Shown here: positions 49,886 to 63,120 of the stretch, piece by piece
How positions within the stretch are numbered: the first letter of the stretch is position 1
Layout: each line of letters starts with the position of its first letter
Assembly (NCBI GenBank): GCA_030264375.1
Contig: JASCQW010000132.1
Coordinates: forward strand, 66,680,014-66,744,013
Direction: 5' to 3'
DNA: 64,000 nucleotides
Source: Carcharhinus longimanus
Lineage: Eukaryota
Notes under the pieces: generated by a model
Databases searched by the model: none
What the model saw: the letters and a program-made list of their open reading frames with translations, nothing else
What the model was told of the DNA's origin: nothing
Made by a program: the position numbers and the translations under genes

Positions 49886-52800
49886 GGGAAAGATTGGCTA
49901 TATTGAAGGGAAAGATACATTTCAAAAATATTTCGAGACAAATAATTATTCTTGGCTGCTGCAAACAATCATTTTCTTTTAAGACATCATTTCAAACCCA
50001 GCAGATGAAATGGTTCTCTCCGATACACTGCTGATTAACTTTTCTGACAAAGGCACAGGAAATTCAATAATGGATTCTTCTCAAACTTCAAGTAGCTGCA
50101 TAATTCAGCTCAGAGATGTTGTTCTCTTTAAAGGATCAATAAATAGTGGACATTTTATGCTTGGTGTGGGCGTGATGATTACTCTTTCATGTTCTCTGAG
50201 GTTTTTGTCGTCTGTGATACTTTGTGAAAGAACACAATTTATTGCCAATGAATGTTTCTAGTACATCTACCCTTTAATTGTTTCACTTTGCTGTGCCATA
50301 TGTCTGCTGCTCATCACTCATATATCTTTGCATGGAGTGAATCAGTCATTTACATATATCTTTCAACTAACCAGATTAAATTGTCACAAATTGCCTTATC
50401 ATTTGAGAAAAGAAAAAGGGTAAATAATGTTTGATGGAAATTCCAACATTGAAAAGCNNNNNNNNNNNNNNNNNNNNNNNNNNNNNNNNNNNNNNNNNNN
50501 NNNNNNNNNNNNNNNNNNNNNNNNNNNNNNNNNNNNNNNNNNNNNNNNNNNNNNNNNNNNNNNNNNNNNNNNNNNNNNNNNNNNNNNNNNNNNNNNNNNN
50601 NNNNNNNNNNNNNNNNNNNNNNNNNNNNNNNNNNNNNNNNNNNNNNNNNNNNNNNNNNNNNNNNNNNNNNNNNNNNNNNNNNNNNNNNNNNNNNNNNNNN
50701 NNNNNNNNNNNNNNNNNNNNNNNNNNNNNNNNNNNNNNNNNNNNNNNNNNNNNNNNNNNNNNNNNNNNNNNNNNNNNNNNNNNNNNNNNNNNNNNNNNNN
50801 NNNNNNNNNNNNNNNNNNNNNNNNNNNNNNNNNNNNNNNNNNNNNNNNNNNNNNNNNNNNNNNNNNNNNNNNNNNNNNNNNNNNNNNNNNNNNNNNNNNN
50901 NNNNNNNNNNNNNNNNNNNNNNNNNNNNNNNNNNNNNNNNNNNNNNNNNNNNNNNNNNNNNNNNNNNNNNNNNNNNNNNNNNNNNNNNNNNNNNNNNNNN
51001 NNNNNNNNNNNNNNNNNNNNNNNNNNNNNNNNNNNNNNNNNNNNNNNNNNNNNNNNNNNNNNNNNNNNNNNNNNNNNNNNNNNNNNNNNNNNNNNNNNNN
51101 NNNNNNNNNNNNNNNNNNNNNNNNNNNNNNNNNNNNNNNNNNNNNNNNNNNNNNNNNNNNNNNNNNNNNNNNNNNNNNNNNNNNNNNNNNNNNNNNNNNN
51201 NNNNNNNNNNNNNNNNNNNNNNNNNNNNNNNNNNNNNNNNNNNNNNNNNNNNNNNNNNNNNNNNNNNNNNNNNNNNNNNNNNNNNNNNNNNNNNNNNNNN
51301 NNNNNNNNNNNNNNNNNNNNNNTGAAAAGCAAATATCTCCCTGTGTGAATATAGGAACATAAGAACAGGAGTAGTCCATTCAGCCTGTCGAGCCTGCTCC
51401 ACCATTCATGAGAAAATGTTTTTGAACATTAAAAATAGGAAAGGAAATGTCAGGATAGGTGAACTAGCAACATTAAATTTTATGAGTAAAATAGGACAAG
51501 GAGGGCTGAATTTTAAGGCCTTTGCTTGACAATAAAACAAGAGCTACAGCTGCAGTCACTATGAGCACAGTGAGCAGTAATTACAATTTCATAACATTGT
51601 GCTTTTTGAGTTCACTTCAGTTGCCGAGTGTTAATCTTATAGCATAGCAACCACTGCATTTTATTTTACTTAGTTTTATTTCTTAATCTCAATGTAATGC
51701 TGGGTGATGGCTCCCCAGGACTAACTGTCCGAGGAGACAGACCAGATGGTAATCCAAGGTAATCTAAAAGACAACATTCTAGTTCACTAAATCAACTCTA
51801 CATTACTCAATCTTCTTTAGAAGGAGGATTAATAACCTTGTGCCAAGATTCTTTTCACAAAACAAAAGATGTATCCTGTAGATAAACGGTTCGCAAAATA
51901 CTCAGTACAAAAGCTGGACACTGGGTTATCAGGAAACAGATTGCAATAGTTGGCTGGAGGACCAAGGGAAAGCTAATTAAAAACAATCAGTTGCATCAGG
52001 CCAGCTCTAACCACAGGAAACACAGAGAATCTTACTAGGCCCACATGAAAACAAGAATGGCGGCACCTCCTGAAACAATTAAGTTAACCATCATCACAGT
52101 ATACCACCACCACCACCATTCAAACAGAAGCTAAAGGGGAAGGGAAGAGGGCACCAATAAGGTGAACTATGAAGCTGGGGAAGATTTTATCGTGGCATCT
52201 CATCTGTTGCCTGGAAATCTGATGAGTGCTATTCCAGTGCTATGTAGATCATTAATTTTCAATCAACAGGTCATGTGTAGAACTTATCCTGCTCACTTCC
52301 AGCCCTCAACTAGGTCTCCAGTCACGCCCATATAGATTGCAATACTATTATATCTGAGAAGATGGGTGGATAAATATTGGGAGTGACATTGTTAGATTGT
52401 AACGAAAAAAATTGACTGAGCCACATTAAATTATTAAGACCTGGCTTGTTTTGTTTGACTTTATGATCGATCCTGGATTCATTACCAAATACTCTTACCC
52501 TTTTGTTCCAGCTGTGAATTGGAATTGAATGCAGTCTAATTTCTGTATTCTATCATTTCGAAGCACCTGTATTAATCACCTAAAGTAGCTCAAAATGTAA
52601 ATGTAAATGTACATTTGGAAGTATATCTATCCTATTCTGAGTGGCTGTGGTAGAATTGATCACTTCAATGAATACATTATATCGTGATGAAACAACATGG
52701 CCATAATTTTAGCAATCCGCCTGCTACGGGAATTGGCATGGGTGAGGGTCGGACCATGAAAGGTCTGTTGACCTCGGACGAGAATTTATGGTTTCAGGAC

Positions 52801-52917
52801 TAGTGAGGCTGCAAAATCTCACCCCATGTATCAATTTTGAGAAAAATATTATCTTTCCATTAGAAATAATGGAAATCAAATTACAATTTGCAATGTTTCC
52901 ATATTAGTTATTACCAC

Positions 52918-53620
52918 ATCGCTGAAAAAATACTTTTTTTGTTGAAGTTTTACTTCCAGGACATTTGCAAGAATACAATGTAAGGAAAATCAAGTAATTT
53001 GCTGACTCTTTCCTTAGAGTAATTCTTTAACCAACCAAAGTCAAGCTGCTTGGTTTAAATTTCAAACAATGTTTGGCAGTTAACTACTAACTAGTGCATT
53101 CTCCATGGCAAACACTTCACCAATCAGAGTCCACTTATCAACCAATCAACACTCTCTTCTCACACATTATAGATTTGTCAATTTCCCTCACATTGATATT
53201 CTTGCAAATGTCCTGATGCATGCAATATGGGTGGCACAGTGACACAGTAGTGAGCACTACTGACTCACATCACCTGTAACCTGATTCAAGTCTGGCCTTG
53301 GGTGACTTTCTGTGTGGAGTTTGCGTATTTTCCCAGTGTCAGTGTGGATTTCCTCTGGGTGCTACCTCCCACACTCCAAAGATGTGCAGGTTAGGCTGAT
53401 GGGCCATCCCAAAATCCCCTTGATTGTCCCAAGATATGTAGCTTAGGGGGATTAATGGATAAATATTTTGGGGTGCAGGGATAGGGGCTGGGTACCATTC
53501 TCTGTCGGAGAATTTGTGCAGGCTTGATGGGCTAAATAGCCTCCTCCTGAACTGTAGGGATTCTATGATGCAATGAAAAGCTTTAAAAACAAAAAAATCT
53601 CCTTTTTTTCAGCAATACAC
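52918..53620 (+). mobile_element. PLE pLTR element (family of 10661-11860) with inverted ends and a V-SINE inserted at 53227-53567
   Basis: 52990-53220 is the reverse complement of 10710-10940. 52918-52990 is inverted relative to 53180-53215 plus 53575-53615. Confidence 0.8.
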
Positions 53621-55799
53621 ACATTCTGCACTGATATTTCTTTTCACATTCATATGACCTATTTTGTTTGCTCTTCACTCTAAAGAAATTAATACCTACA
53701 GTGACATACAGTCAGACACAATTCATATAAGAAGGCACGTTGTGTATGCATCCTAATATTGAAAAAGTGATTTCTATGGATCTTGATTTACTCCGTGGGC
53801 AGATGAGTTTCTGGTAAATTGACAGGATGTGTGACACAGATATGCTTGATTTATAATGGTAAAATAAACTGGGACCAGTGAGCATCGGTATTTTTGAGAT
53901 GAAGAATATCTGGTTGTCCGTCATATGATCTTTTGAAGTCGTGTATATGTGTGTGTGTGTATAAAACATTCAGGTTACAAATTTAGTGAGCAGTTTTGCA
54001 TAAGTATAAATCAAATAATTACTACTCTTCAGATTATCCCTTGAAAGAAGCAAGCTCTGAAGCCTTTGTATTCTTTAGAATGTGACAATTGAGCCCTTTC
54101 TGTATATTGCATTGCTACTAATTAAATCATTAAAGACAAATTGTTATTGTAGACATGAATGGCTGCATATGTAATCATAATATCCCAACCATTAGAGACA
54201 CACCAGTTGGGGAACTGAAGCCTTGTTATTTTCTGGGAATGAGTTTGGGACACTTACACAGATTGCACCCAGAGAGTTAAAGTAGGCAAGTACACTGCCT
54301 GTTTGGTTCACATTTTGCAATTTTAAGCTTTTAATCACCTCAAAACACTCTCCAATGATCACAATTTAAACTTCTCTGAATTTAAACAGATCAATCAAGG
54401 AAGATTGCTGAGATATATAGCATACTTAGCACTTGCTTATTTTTATGTGACTTCTGCAGAACAAACCTAAGAAAAATGTCGATAATAATGCATTTTAAGA
54501 ATATATATCACAGCTGACCCAGGGAATGTTGAGTTTGGACTGATGTAATTCATAAAAATTGCCCCATGAGATCAAGGGAGTACAAGCGTTGAAGATGTAA
54601 TGAAAAGACAGAAGAAAGGAAAAGCTATGTTTAATCTAAGGGCTAGATTTTACACCCTCTCGCTGGCTGTGCTTTTGACAGGAAGGGCAGAGGACAAGGT
54701 CAGTGATTGGTGAGAGCTAGGAGACTGACCATTATTCTTCCATTAACACATTCCTTTATGCCACTATTAGAACCTTCACACTGTCTGTAACACTTTCTCT
54801 GCCTCGTGACCTACACATCTTTGTTGCAATCTTTCCTTGCTCCCACCAATCAGTAACCTTTTACTTTACTTCAACTGATCCAGCCCTTTCTTATACAGTA
54901 TATAATCCATCTCTTTTCTCCCCCACTTTACCTCTGAAGAAGAGACATACAAACTTGAAATGTTGGGGGAAATCTAACCAAAGAATGGCAGTGTTCATTC
55001 TGGTGAGAAAACCTGCATGTTTCTCTCCAAAAAAATCATGGGGCATGATTTTGCGGTGTGTTTAGGGCTCAGGGCTCAAACACACTGGCAAAACCTGGCT
55101 GCTCAGAGGTTGGGGCACTATATTTAAAGGGCACCTGATCAGAACTGCAATAAATCTCTCTCCCCCACTTCCCACTCCAACACTGAGGCCTCAGGGGCTA
55201 CCATCCCCACCCCCAATTGGNNNNNNNNNNNNNNNNNNNNNNNNNNNNNNNNNNNNNNNNNNNNNNNNNNNNNNNNNNNNNNNNNNNNNNNNNNNNNNNN
55301 NNNNNNNNNNNNNNNNNNNNNNNNNNNNNNNNNNNNNNNNNNNNNNNNNNNNNNNNNNNNNNNNNNNNCCACTCACCATGATTCCCATCACTGACTGAAC
55401 TGGAAAATTCCACCCATCCTGTTTCTCCTTTTGGAGAATGATGTTTTCACTTGTTTCACATCATTGATTCATTTGCCTCAAGTTCCTCTGCACTTCCTGC
55501 CCTGCGCTGTGACATGTCCACTGAATTCACTTAATTATATATCTGTTAATGATAGCAAATGGTACCACAGCTTCCAGCTAACAGTTTCCAGCTAACATAC
55601 AGTTTCCAGCTAACATACAGTGAGCAGCTGAGAGCCATAAGCTGCAGTTGTTACTAGTATCAGCTAAGGCTGACGTAAGTAATGCGTTTCTGAGCCGGAT
55701 GAGTTTGGAATGTTTCATTAACAATCTCTGCAGTTTGAAAACATTATTTTCCATTCTGCCTACACACATCTAAGCGTGTTACTAATGTTTCTGACATGG

Positions 55800-56745
55800 T
55801 TAGACCAGAATAGATTTTTACAGCCTTGTGCTTCTGTCCAACCACGAGCCACAGTTAGGGCCTCCAATAGCTAGTTCAGCATTCACTGTAGGCTTATCAT
55901 AGTCTGCCATTATCCCAGAGCAGCACAGGATGGAGCAAGAAAGAGTCAGGTACTCTTTATTAAGGATGCAAATATTACCTCCCATGGACTAAACAGGTAG
56001 CACAGATCAAATGAGAACCTCATTGAGGTGGCATGTACAAAACATTTGTGCTTTATAAGGCAGCTCAGCAAAGTGGTTAGCACTCCTGCCTCACAGCACC
56101 AGCAACCGAGTTCGATTGCTGGCTTGAATCACTGTCTTTGCGAAGTCTGCATGTTCTCCCCGTGTCTGTGAGGGTTTCCTTTGGGTTTTGTTCCGGTTTC
56201 CTCCCACAGTCTGAAAGATGTGTTGGCTAGGTGCATTAACCCAAACAGACACCAAATTGTGGAGATTAGGGGAATGTCACAGTAACTTCATTGCAGTGTT
56301 AATGTAAGCCTTACTTGTGACTAATAAATAAACTTTACTTTTACTTAGCTGTGTTCCTTACTGTGTGACAACCATATTCATCTGTCTTGCTCTTCCTGTG
56401 GCTATGACAGTGAGCAGCACACAATGGCATAAGCTCATTTTAGACAAGCACATGAAATCTCTAATATGAACCAGGCTGCAGTATAGACACCCAGGGAAAA
56501 AAAGTCAATTCAATCGATGGCTTCTGGATGACAAGTTAATGATCACAGTAAGAGTGGTTTGAACAGCTGTGAATGAACATGCCAATGAGACACATGCCTC
56601 AGTTAGATTGGTAATTGAATGAATCATTGGGGTTTAAAGATACACTCTCGCTGCTTGCACAGGTCAGGAGCAGCTCTGCAGTATGTTCTAGGTCGTATGT
56701 CACAAATAATTATAGCCTGTTGTTCCCTTCGCAATTTTGCCATGG
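55800..56745 (+). mobile_element. PIF/Harbinger transposase remnant interrupted by a V-SINE (56058-56345)
   Basis: RWLLDDK, NETHASVRLVIE.IIG and LKIHSRCLHRSGAALQY..RMSQIIIACCSLRNFA. The 5' boundary is uncertain. Confidence 0.7.
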
Positions 56746-57035
56746 AAGAATTTTCCTTTGACACTACAGCTTCCTCTTCCCTGCCCCAGTTTACAAATAA
56801 AGGAAAAAAATCTTTCCATCACTTACTCACCCAACCACATGAAAACGCATCTAAATGACCATCCAAATATTGACAACCCGAGTTACTAAATTAGCAGTAA
56901 CTATGTGCACCATATGACTATAACCTCCAAGAGTGTGAAAGCATGAAGTTAGTACATTATTTATTTTCATACAATAAAGTCCAAAGTGGAGTGGAGCCTG
57001 TCACACTTTTTCAACACCAGTCTGGCCCCCATTTA

Positions 57036-57327
57036 GAATGGCACGGTGGATCCAGGTTCAATTCCAGCCTTGGGCCACTATCTGTGTTGAATTTACACAC
57101 CCTACCTGTTTCTGCATGGGTTTCCTCTGGGTATTCCGGTTTCCTCCCACATTTCAAAGATGTACAGGTTAGGTTGATTGGCCATGCTAAATTGCCCCTA
57201 GTGTCGGGGATTGGCACAGTAAATATGAAGGGTTATGGGAATAGGGCCTGGGTGGGATTGTGGTCAATGTAGATTTGATGGGTCGAATGGTCTTCTTCTG
57301 CACTGTAGGGATTCTATGATTGTATGA
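57036..57327 (+). mobile_element. V-SINE
   Basis: V-core and tail ctgcactgtagggattctatgattgtatga. Confidence 0.88.
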
Positions 57328-58169
57328 TTTGTTCTTTTCTAGTGCTTCTCTTGCGTGCAGCCTCATGGCAAGTGTTGTAATGGGAAGTTACAGAAGGGCC
57401 GTGGACTGAGGAAACACTCTTTCCTTGGCAGGAATCCAGTGCTTGCTGGATCTCTGAATTCCCTGGAAGGGGACTGCTCATAGGGAGGGAACAAGAACAG
57501 GAAGTGGGGGAGGAGGAGGAGGAAGTAGAGGTGTCGAGAGATGGCGTTGAACAGAAAGCACTTATGGGGTTTCCTGTGTTTGTCACGGGTGGACGGGTGT
57601 GGATTCCGTGGGAGGAGGGGGAGGTTTCCAAATATTAATCATATCACAGAAGTTTTTTTCCAATTTACAGCAATCAACTTGGCAACTCAAATAATGCACA
57701 TCTGATGTTCAGCCACCATGTTCCACAGCATTTCAGTTAAAATGAGTTTTTAAAGCAACCATTTAAAAACAAGGCCCCATCAAAGAATTCATAGCTCTTC
57801 TTCTGCAGCATCATCACTTCCATTGATGCTGCTGTCCATTGATAAATTTCCTTCATTCCAATTTCTTCAGTCTCTTCCACTCTTTCTTATTCTGTCATGT
57901 TTAGAGCAGCATGCCCTTTAAAAAGGAACGCCTCCATCTCTTGAAGTCCGACATTGCTACAGGGCAGGTTCATTGAGACCACCCCCGCTGACATGACATT
58001 GTGAGACCTGACCTCAAGATTTATTTTGACCAACTGCCAGAAAGTGTGACAGGAAAATCTGGCAGTGCCGCTGATTAGGCATACACCACTTTCCCACCCA
58101 CCCCCCAACCCCTCAAATTGACGCTTATCCAAAAAATAGTGGAAAATTGCGCCTGTGAATTGAAATGCT

Positions 58170-59120
58170 GAAGGGAAAAGTGGTGATGTTATTAGACTGG
58201 AGATAGCAGAAATGGTGAAGCTTGGTGCATTGCATATTGCAGCTGGCGGGGTGGAAGATGAAGACAAGAGGAACCCAATCATAGTTCTGAGGGGATGAGG
58301 GAGAGGTGAGGGTGAGAACAAGAATACAGGAAATGGAATGGACAAGGGGTCCTGTCAATCTCAGTGGGAGGAGGGGTCCATGGCTGAGGAATAAGAAAGA
58401 CACAGAAGAGAAAACAGTTAGACCAGGAAACTAGAAACTGTTAAAGTGGCGAAGGGTGTTAGAAGAGTCTCATTCTAAGCTAGGATAGACTTGGGGCAGA
58501 TTTTTCCCATTTTCAGAAGTACTGTTGTAGAGGAAGGAGCACAATGGAGATGGAGAAACAGAAAAGGAGAACGGAATGAAGTCAATAACCAACAGCCCAT
58601 CTCAGAAATGGAAACAAAATGTCAAGAAATAGTCAGAGGCGAACCATGTGAAGGTCAGAGAATCAAAGCTGATTAAATTTTCCAGTTCAGGACGAGAATA
58701 GGAAGTGGCACAGATACAATCATTGATGTACTGGACAAAGGAGGCAAGGAAGAGTAGCCGAATGGAACTGGAACAAGGAATGTTCCAAAAATGCCACAAA
58801 AGAACAGGTTTAGTTGGGATCCACAAGGGTACCCATAGCAACACTTTTTTGTTCAGAAGAAGCGAGATAAGTTAAAGGAGAAATTGTTCAACACGAGAGT
58901 AAGTTCAGCCAGGAGCGGGAGGATGGTGTCGGATGGATACTAATTGGACTCCTGTTCAAGGAAGAAATGGGGAGCTCTCCGGCTGTTCTGGTGGTGGGTG
59001 GATGGAGATGTAAAGAAATTGAGTGCCTATGGTGAAGAGAAAACAGTTAGACCAGGAAACTAGAAATTGTTAAAGTGGTGAAGGGTGTTGGGTGAGTCTC
59101 ATTGTAAACTGGGATAGACA
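58170..59120 (-). mobile_element. Penelope-like RT remnant
   Basis: SVAMGTLVDPN, FVQYINDCICATSYSRPELENLISF..SLTFTW and QNYDWVPLVFIFHPAS motifs. A related piece lies at ~61480-61725. Confidence 0.8.
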
Positions 59121-59599
59121 GGGACAGATTTCTCCTGTTTTCAGGCCAGGTGCCCACGCTAGTGGGAAAACGGGTGTTTCTCACTGGCATCAACAGCACC
59201 TGTCAGGTGGAATTTACCCACCTACAAGATCCTAATGAGGCCATCTTGGGGAACCTGCTGGCCAGCCTGCTGTTCAGAGATCAGAGGATCATTTTTAAAG
59301 GACATTCTGATATCTGTGCACAGAGATGGGCCACACCCTCCTCCTCCCCACTGACCAGAGGAAAACCACCAACTTCTCACCAAAGAGGGACAGCTTACTC
59401 CCCACCCACATATAACAGTTAACCCCAAAACACCACTCAGGCGTGGGGGTGACCCAGTCACTCCCCTCAGAACCTCCGCCTTCCCCCCCCACTCAGGCCC
59501 CTCTTCCTCCTCAGACATAGCTGATGAGTACAACTCCATTAGCTATCAATGGAGCCATTTTCAAAACATTGGAATTAAAATTGGCAGAGATTACAGCCA

Positions 59600-60385
59600 T
59601 GGAGTCATAGAGGTTTGCAGCATGGAAACAGGCNNNNNNNNNNTTTAACCCCTAAGCTAGTCTCAATTGCTCGCTTTTGGTCCATAATCCTCTATATCCA
59701 TCTTATTCAAGTAACTGTCTAAACACTTTTTAAAAGACAAAATTGTACCTGCCTTTAATACTACCTCTGGCAGTTCGTTCCAGACACTCACTACCCTCTG
59801 TGTCAAAAAATTGCCCCACTGGACACTTTTGTATTTCTCCCCTCTCACCTTAAACCTATGCCCTGTAATTTTAGACTCCCCCACCTTTGGGGAAAGATAT
59901 TGACTAAGCAGCTATTCTACACCCCTCATTATTTTGTAGACGCCTACAAGGTCACCCCTAAGCCTCCTACGCTCCAGAGAAAAAAGTCCCAATCTATCTA
60001 GCCTCTCCTTATAACTCAAACCCCATCAAATCCTGGTTGACCAATGAAACCAAGCACATCGAATGCCTTCTCCACAATTCTGTCTATCTGTGACTCCACT
60101 TTCAAGAAGCTATGAACCTGTACCTCTAGATCTCTTTGTTCTATAACTCTCCCAAACACCCTACCATTAACTGAATAAGTCCTGCTTTGGTTCAATCCAC
60201 CAAAATGCACCACCTCACATTTATCTAAATTAAATTCCACCTGCTATTCGTCAGCCCACTGACCCAATTGATCCTGTTGCAATCCTAGATAACCTTCTTC
60301 ACTGTCCACTGTGCCACCTATCTTGGTGTCAGCTGCAAATTTACTAACAATGCCAACTAAATTCTCATCCAAATCATTAATATAA
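59600..60385 (-). mobile_element. CR1 LINE 3' portion
   Basis: MEFNLDKCEVVHFG..RDLEVQVHSFLKV; FLTQRVVSVWNELP. Confidence 0.92.
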
Positions 60386-62389
60386 ATGTTTATATATTAA
60401 AGGATTCTAAGAGACTAGAGAGGGTTTCGAAGGTTTCAGTTTGCTAGAAAGTCTGAGACTTCAAATCTAAAGCTGTATGAATATACTGGGGCTGAGAATG
60501 GAACACCCCTCCCCCTTCCCCGGGTGAAGTTACTATTTCCTCTCTATGGATGACTCTAAAGCTGTCTGCTCACACCCGCAGCTTTTGATAGGGAGGAAGT
60601 GCTGGATTGATTTAAAGCCTGCTAGGTGACCAGGGGCATGGAATAACTTGGCCACCTCAAAATCCTCACAGCTGACGGGCAGGATGTCGATCATAGAGCT
60701 GCCTGAAATCACCCTGCCAGGGGTAATCTTCAGGTGTGCCAGGACGACCAGGGGCTGTCCAGCCACGGCACCCCCATCCTGGGGAGAATGGTGAAGTCAA
60801 CCTCTTGCCCCACCTCAAGCCCACCAAATCCCCAGGACCATTGAGAGATTCTTCTTCTGCAGCCTGACCACAACAGAGGGGCAAATGGCCACTAACATTC
60901 TCTCCTTAACCCTCGATAGTGATGCCAAGCCAGGATGTCAGTGCCAGGGTGCCAAGGGGCAATGCATCATTGGCTGCCAAGGCACATGGCCTGAATGGGG
61001 GGCCTAAGTGAGGTCTGATGGGGAGGGGCCTGAGTGGGGTTCTGACGTGGGATGGTGCCTGAGCGAGTGGTATGAGGGGGAAGGGGCTGAGGGGTTCTGG
61101 TTGGATGTTGTGGGAGAAGGATGCCTCTCTTTTCTGAGGGGTTGGTGATGCTTCCCTTGACCTTTGAGTTCCAGTATGCCATAGCTACACTTGTGATTAG
61201 TAACACCAAAGCCCACCCAGTACAGTTCCTGCTGGGAGGCCGGGTGAATGGGCTGTCAAACGTGCTAATTATAGTTAACAATTTTGCACGATTATCAGGC
61301 TGCCTGCTACGAGCAGGAACCCAATTGGGCCTGGCGGGTTAGGTGAATCCAGATTGCCCCGACATCCTTTGGAAATCTTGATTTTTGGCTGATGCCCCAT
61401 TCTGCAAGGCATCTGCCAAGGCTGGAGAGTCCCACCCTGGATACAGGAAGAGAAAATTAAGTTGACATAAAAATCTATCAGTTCACTGGGGCAGGAAAAG
61501 GCTGAAAGGTGTTGTGGTGGGGAGATGTGTTTTGTGGTGAAATCACACTGGAGATAGTGGAAGGTTTTGAAGCTGGTGGGTTGGAAGGTGAACACAGTAT
61601 GGGGAACTCTACCGGAACAAACCTGTGTAGATCTTCGAAAGGAGGCAGAAACAGGCTGCTTGATATTGAGGGTTAATGAGGTTGGAGGTCGTAGAGAGAA
61701 GGTCTCCAAAAGAGATAAAATCACTGACAGTAATGTCTTTGGAAACTGTGGTTTGATTTTCAGTGGCTTTTTGCCTCTAAAATGCTTTTAATATTTTTGA
61801 AAATCTTTGCCTTGAACTTCCATAGGGGTTCTCCCGTGGAAGATTGATGGAACACCCAGAGGACAATGTAAATTGTTACATGTGGATGGTCCTTTTCTCA
61901 AGGGCTTCTGCTGGCCTCTCACTAAGGGCAAAAGTTCAAGAGATTCTCACAGCAATTCAGGCCTTCATGTTCAACACTCACCTGAATTGATAACTTATGC
62001 TATGTCTAAAAAATCAATGAAAACATTGCATTTCAGTGCTACATAGATTGTTTCTGAAGACTCTCCTATATAATTTTTCACAAACAATGCTTTCCATTTC
62101 CGTCAACAATTGACCTATGAATAACTGAAAAGTTAATTGAACAAGTTTAGTTCTACTCAATTGTATAGTAATAAAATCCCAAGCAGCATGATTACATTAT
62201 TTAAACAAATTGTATCTATTAGCTTATGTACACAAAAACTCACTCCATGCACCAGGAAAACACATTTGAATTGTTATATATATAATCAGATTGTTTCACC
62301 CATGTTTCGACTGCAGAAGATTGTCAATGTAACTGACATGATGAATAAATACCATGCTGAAACCTGATCCCACAAAAATGTTTAAGATC

Positions 62390-63120
62390 ATGGAATCAAA
62401 GAATCATGTAGTGCAGAAGAGGCCCCTCAGCCCATCAAACCCACACCGACATGGGAAAAACACCTGACCTCCCACCTGATCTCATTTACCAGCATTTGGC
62501 CCATGGCCTTGAATGTTATGACTTGCCAAGTACTCATTTAGGTACTTTTTAAAGATGTGAGACAACCTGTCTTTACCACCCCCCCATGTAGCGCATTCCA
62601 GACCATCACCACTCTCTGGGTAAAAATGTTTTTCCTCCCATCCCCCTAAACCTGCCCTTCACCTTGAACTTATGTCTCCTCGTGATTGTCTCTTCAACTA
62701 AGGGGAACTGTTGCTCCTTATCCACTCTGTCCATATCCCTCATAATCTTGTACACCTCGATCAGGTCACCCTTCAATCTTCTCTGCTCCAAGCCTACCCA
62801 ACCTTTCTTCTTAATTAAATGTTCCATCCCAGGCAACATCCTGGTAAATCTCCTCTGCACTCCCTCCAGTGCAATCACTTCCTATAATGTGGTGACCAGA
62901 ACTGCACACAGTACTCTAGCTGTGGCCTCATCAAAGTTCTATACAACTCCAGCATGACTTCCCTGCTTTTGTAATCTATGCCTTGACTGATAAAGGCAAG
63001 TGTCCTATTTGCCTTTTTCACCACCCTACTAACATGCCCTTCTGCCTTCAATTTCTGTGGTCAAACATGTCAAGATTCCTTTGTTCCCCAGAACTTCCTA
63101 GTGTCATGCCGTTCATTGAA
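62390..63120 (-). mobile_element. CR1 LINE 3' portion
   Basis: IALEGVQRRFTRMLPGM..LEQRRLKGDLIEVYKIM. An older + strand CR1 3' end follows at ~63130-63430. Confidence 0.92.

Noticed and set aside
50350-51405. Longest ORFs in the track (305-351 aa), and other X-rich ORFs
   Set aside because: They are read-through of N runs.
55568-55680. 18-bp tandem (cagtttccagctaacata) and a nearby TGACGTAA; also a 15-bp duplication at ~13652-13685
   Set aside because: Ordinary slippage duplications and a single motif with no supporting context.
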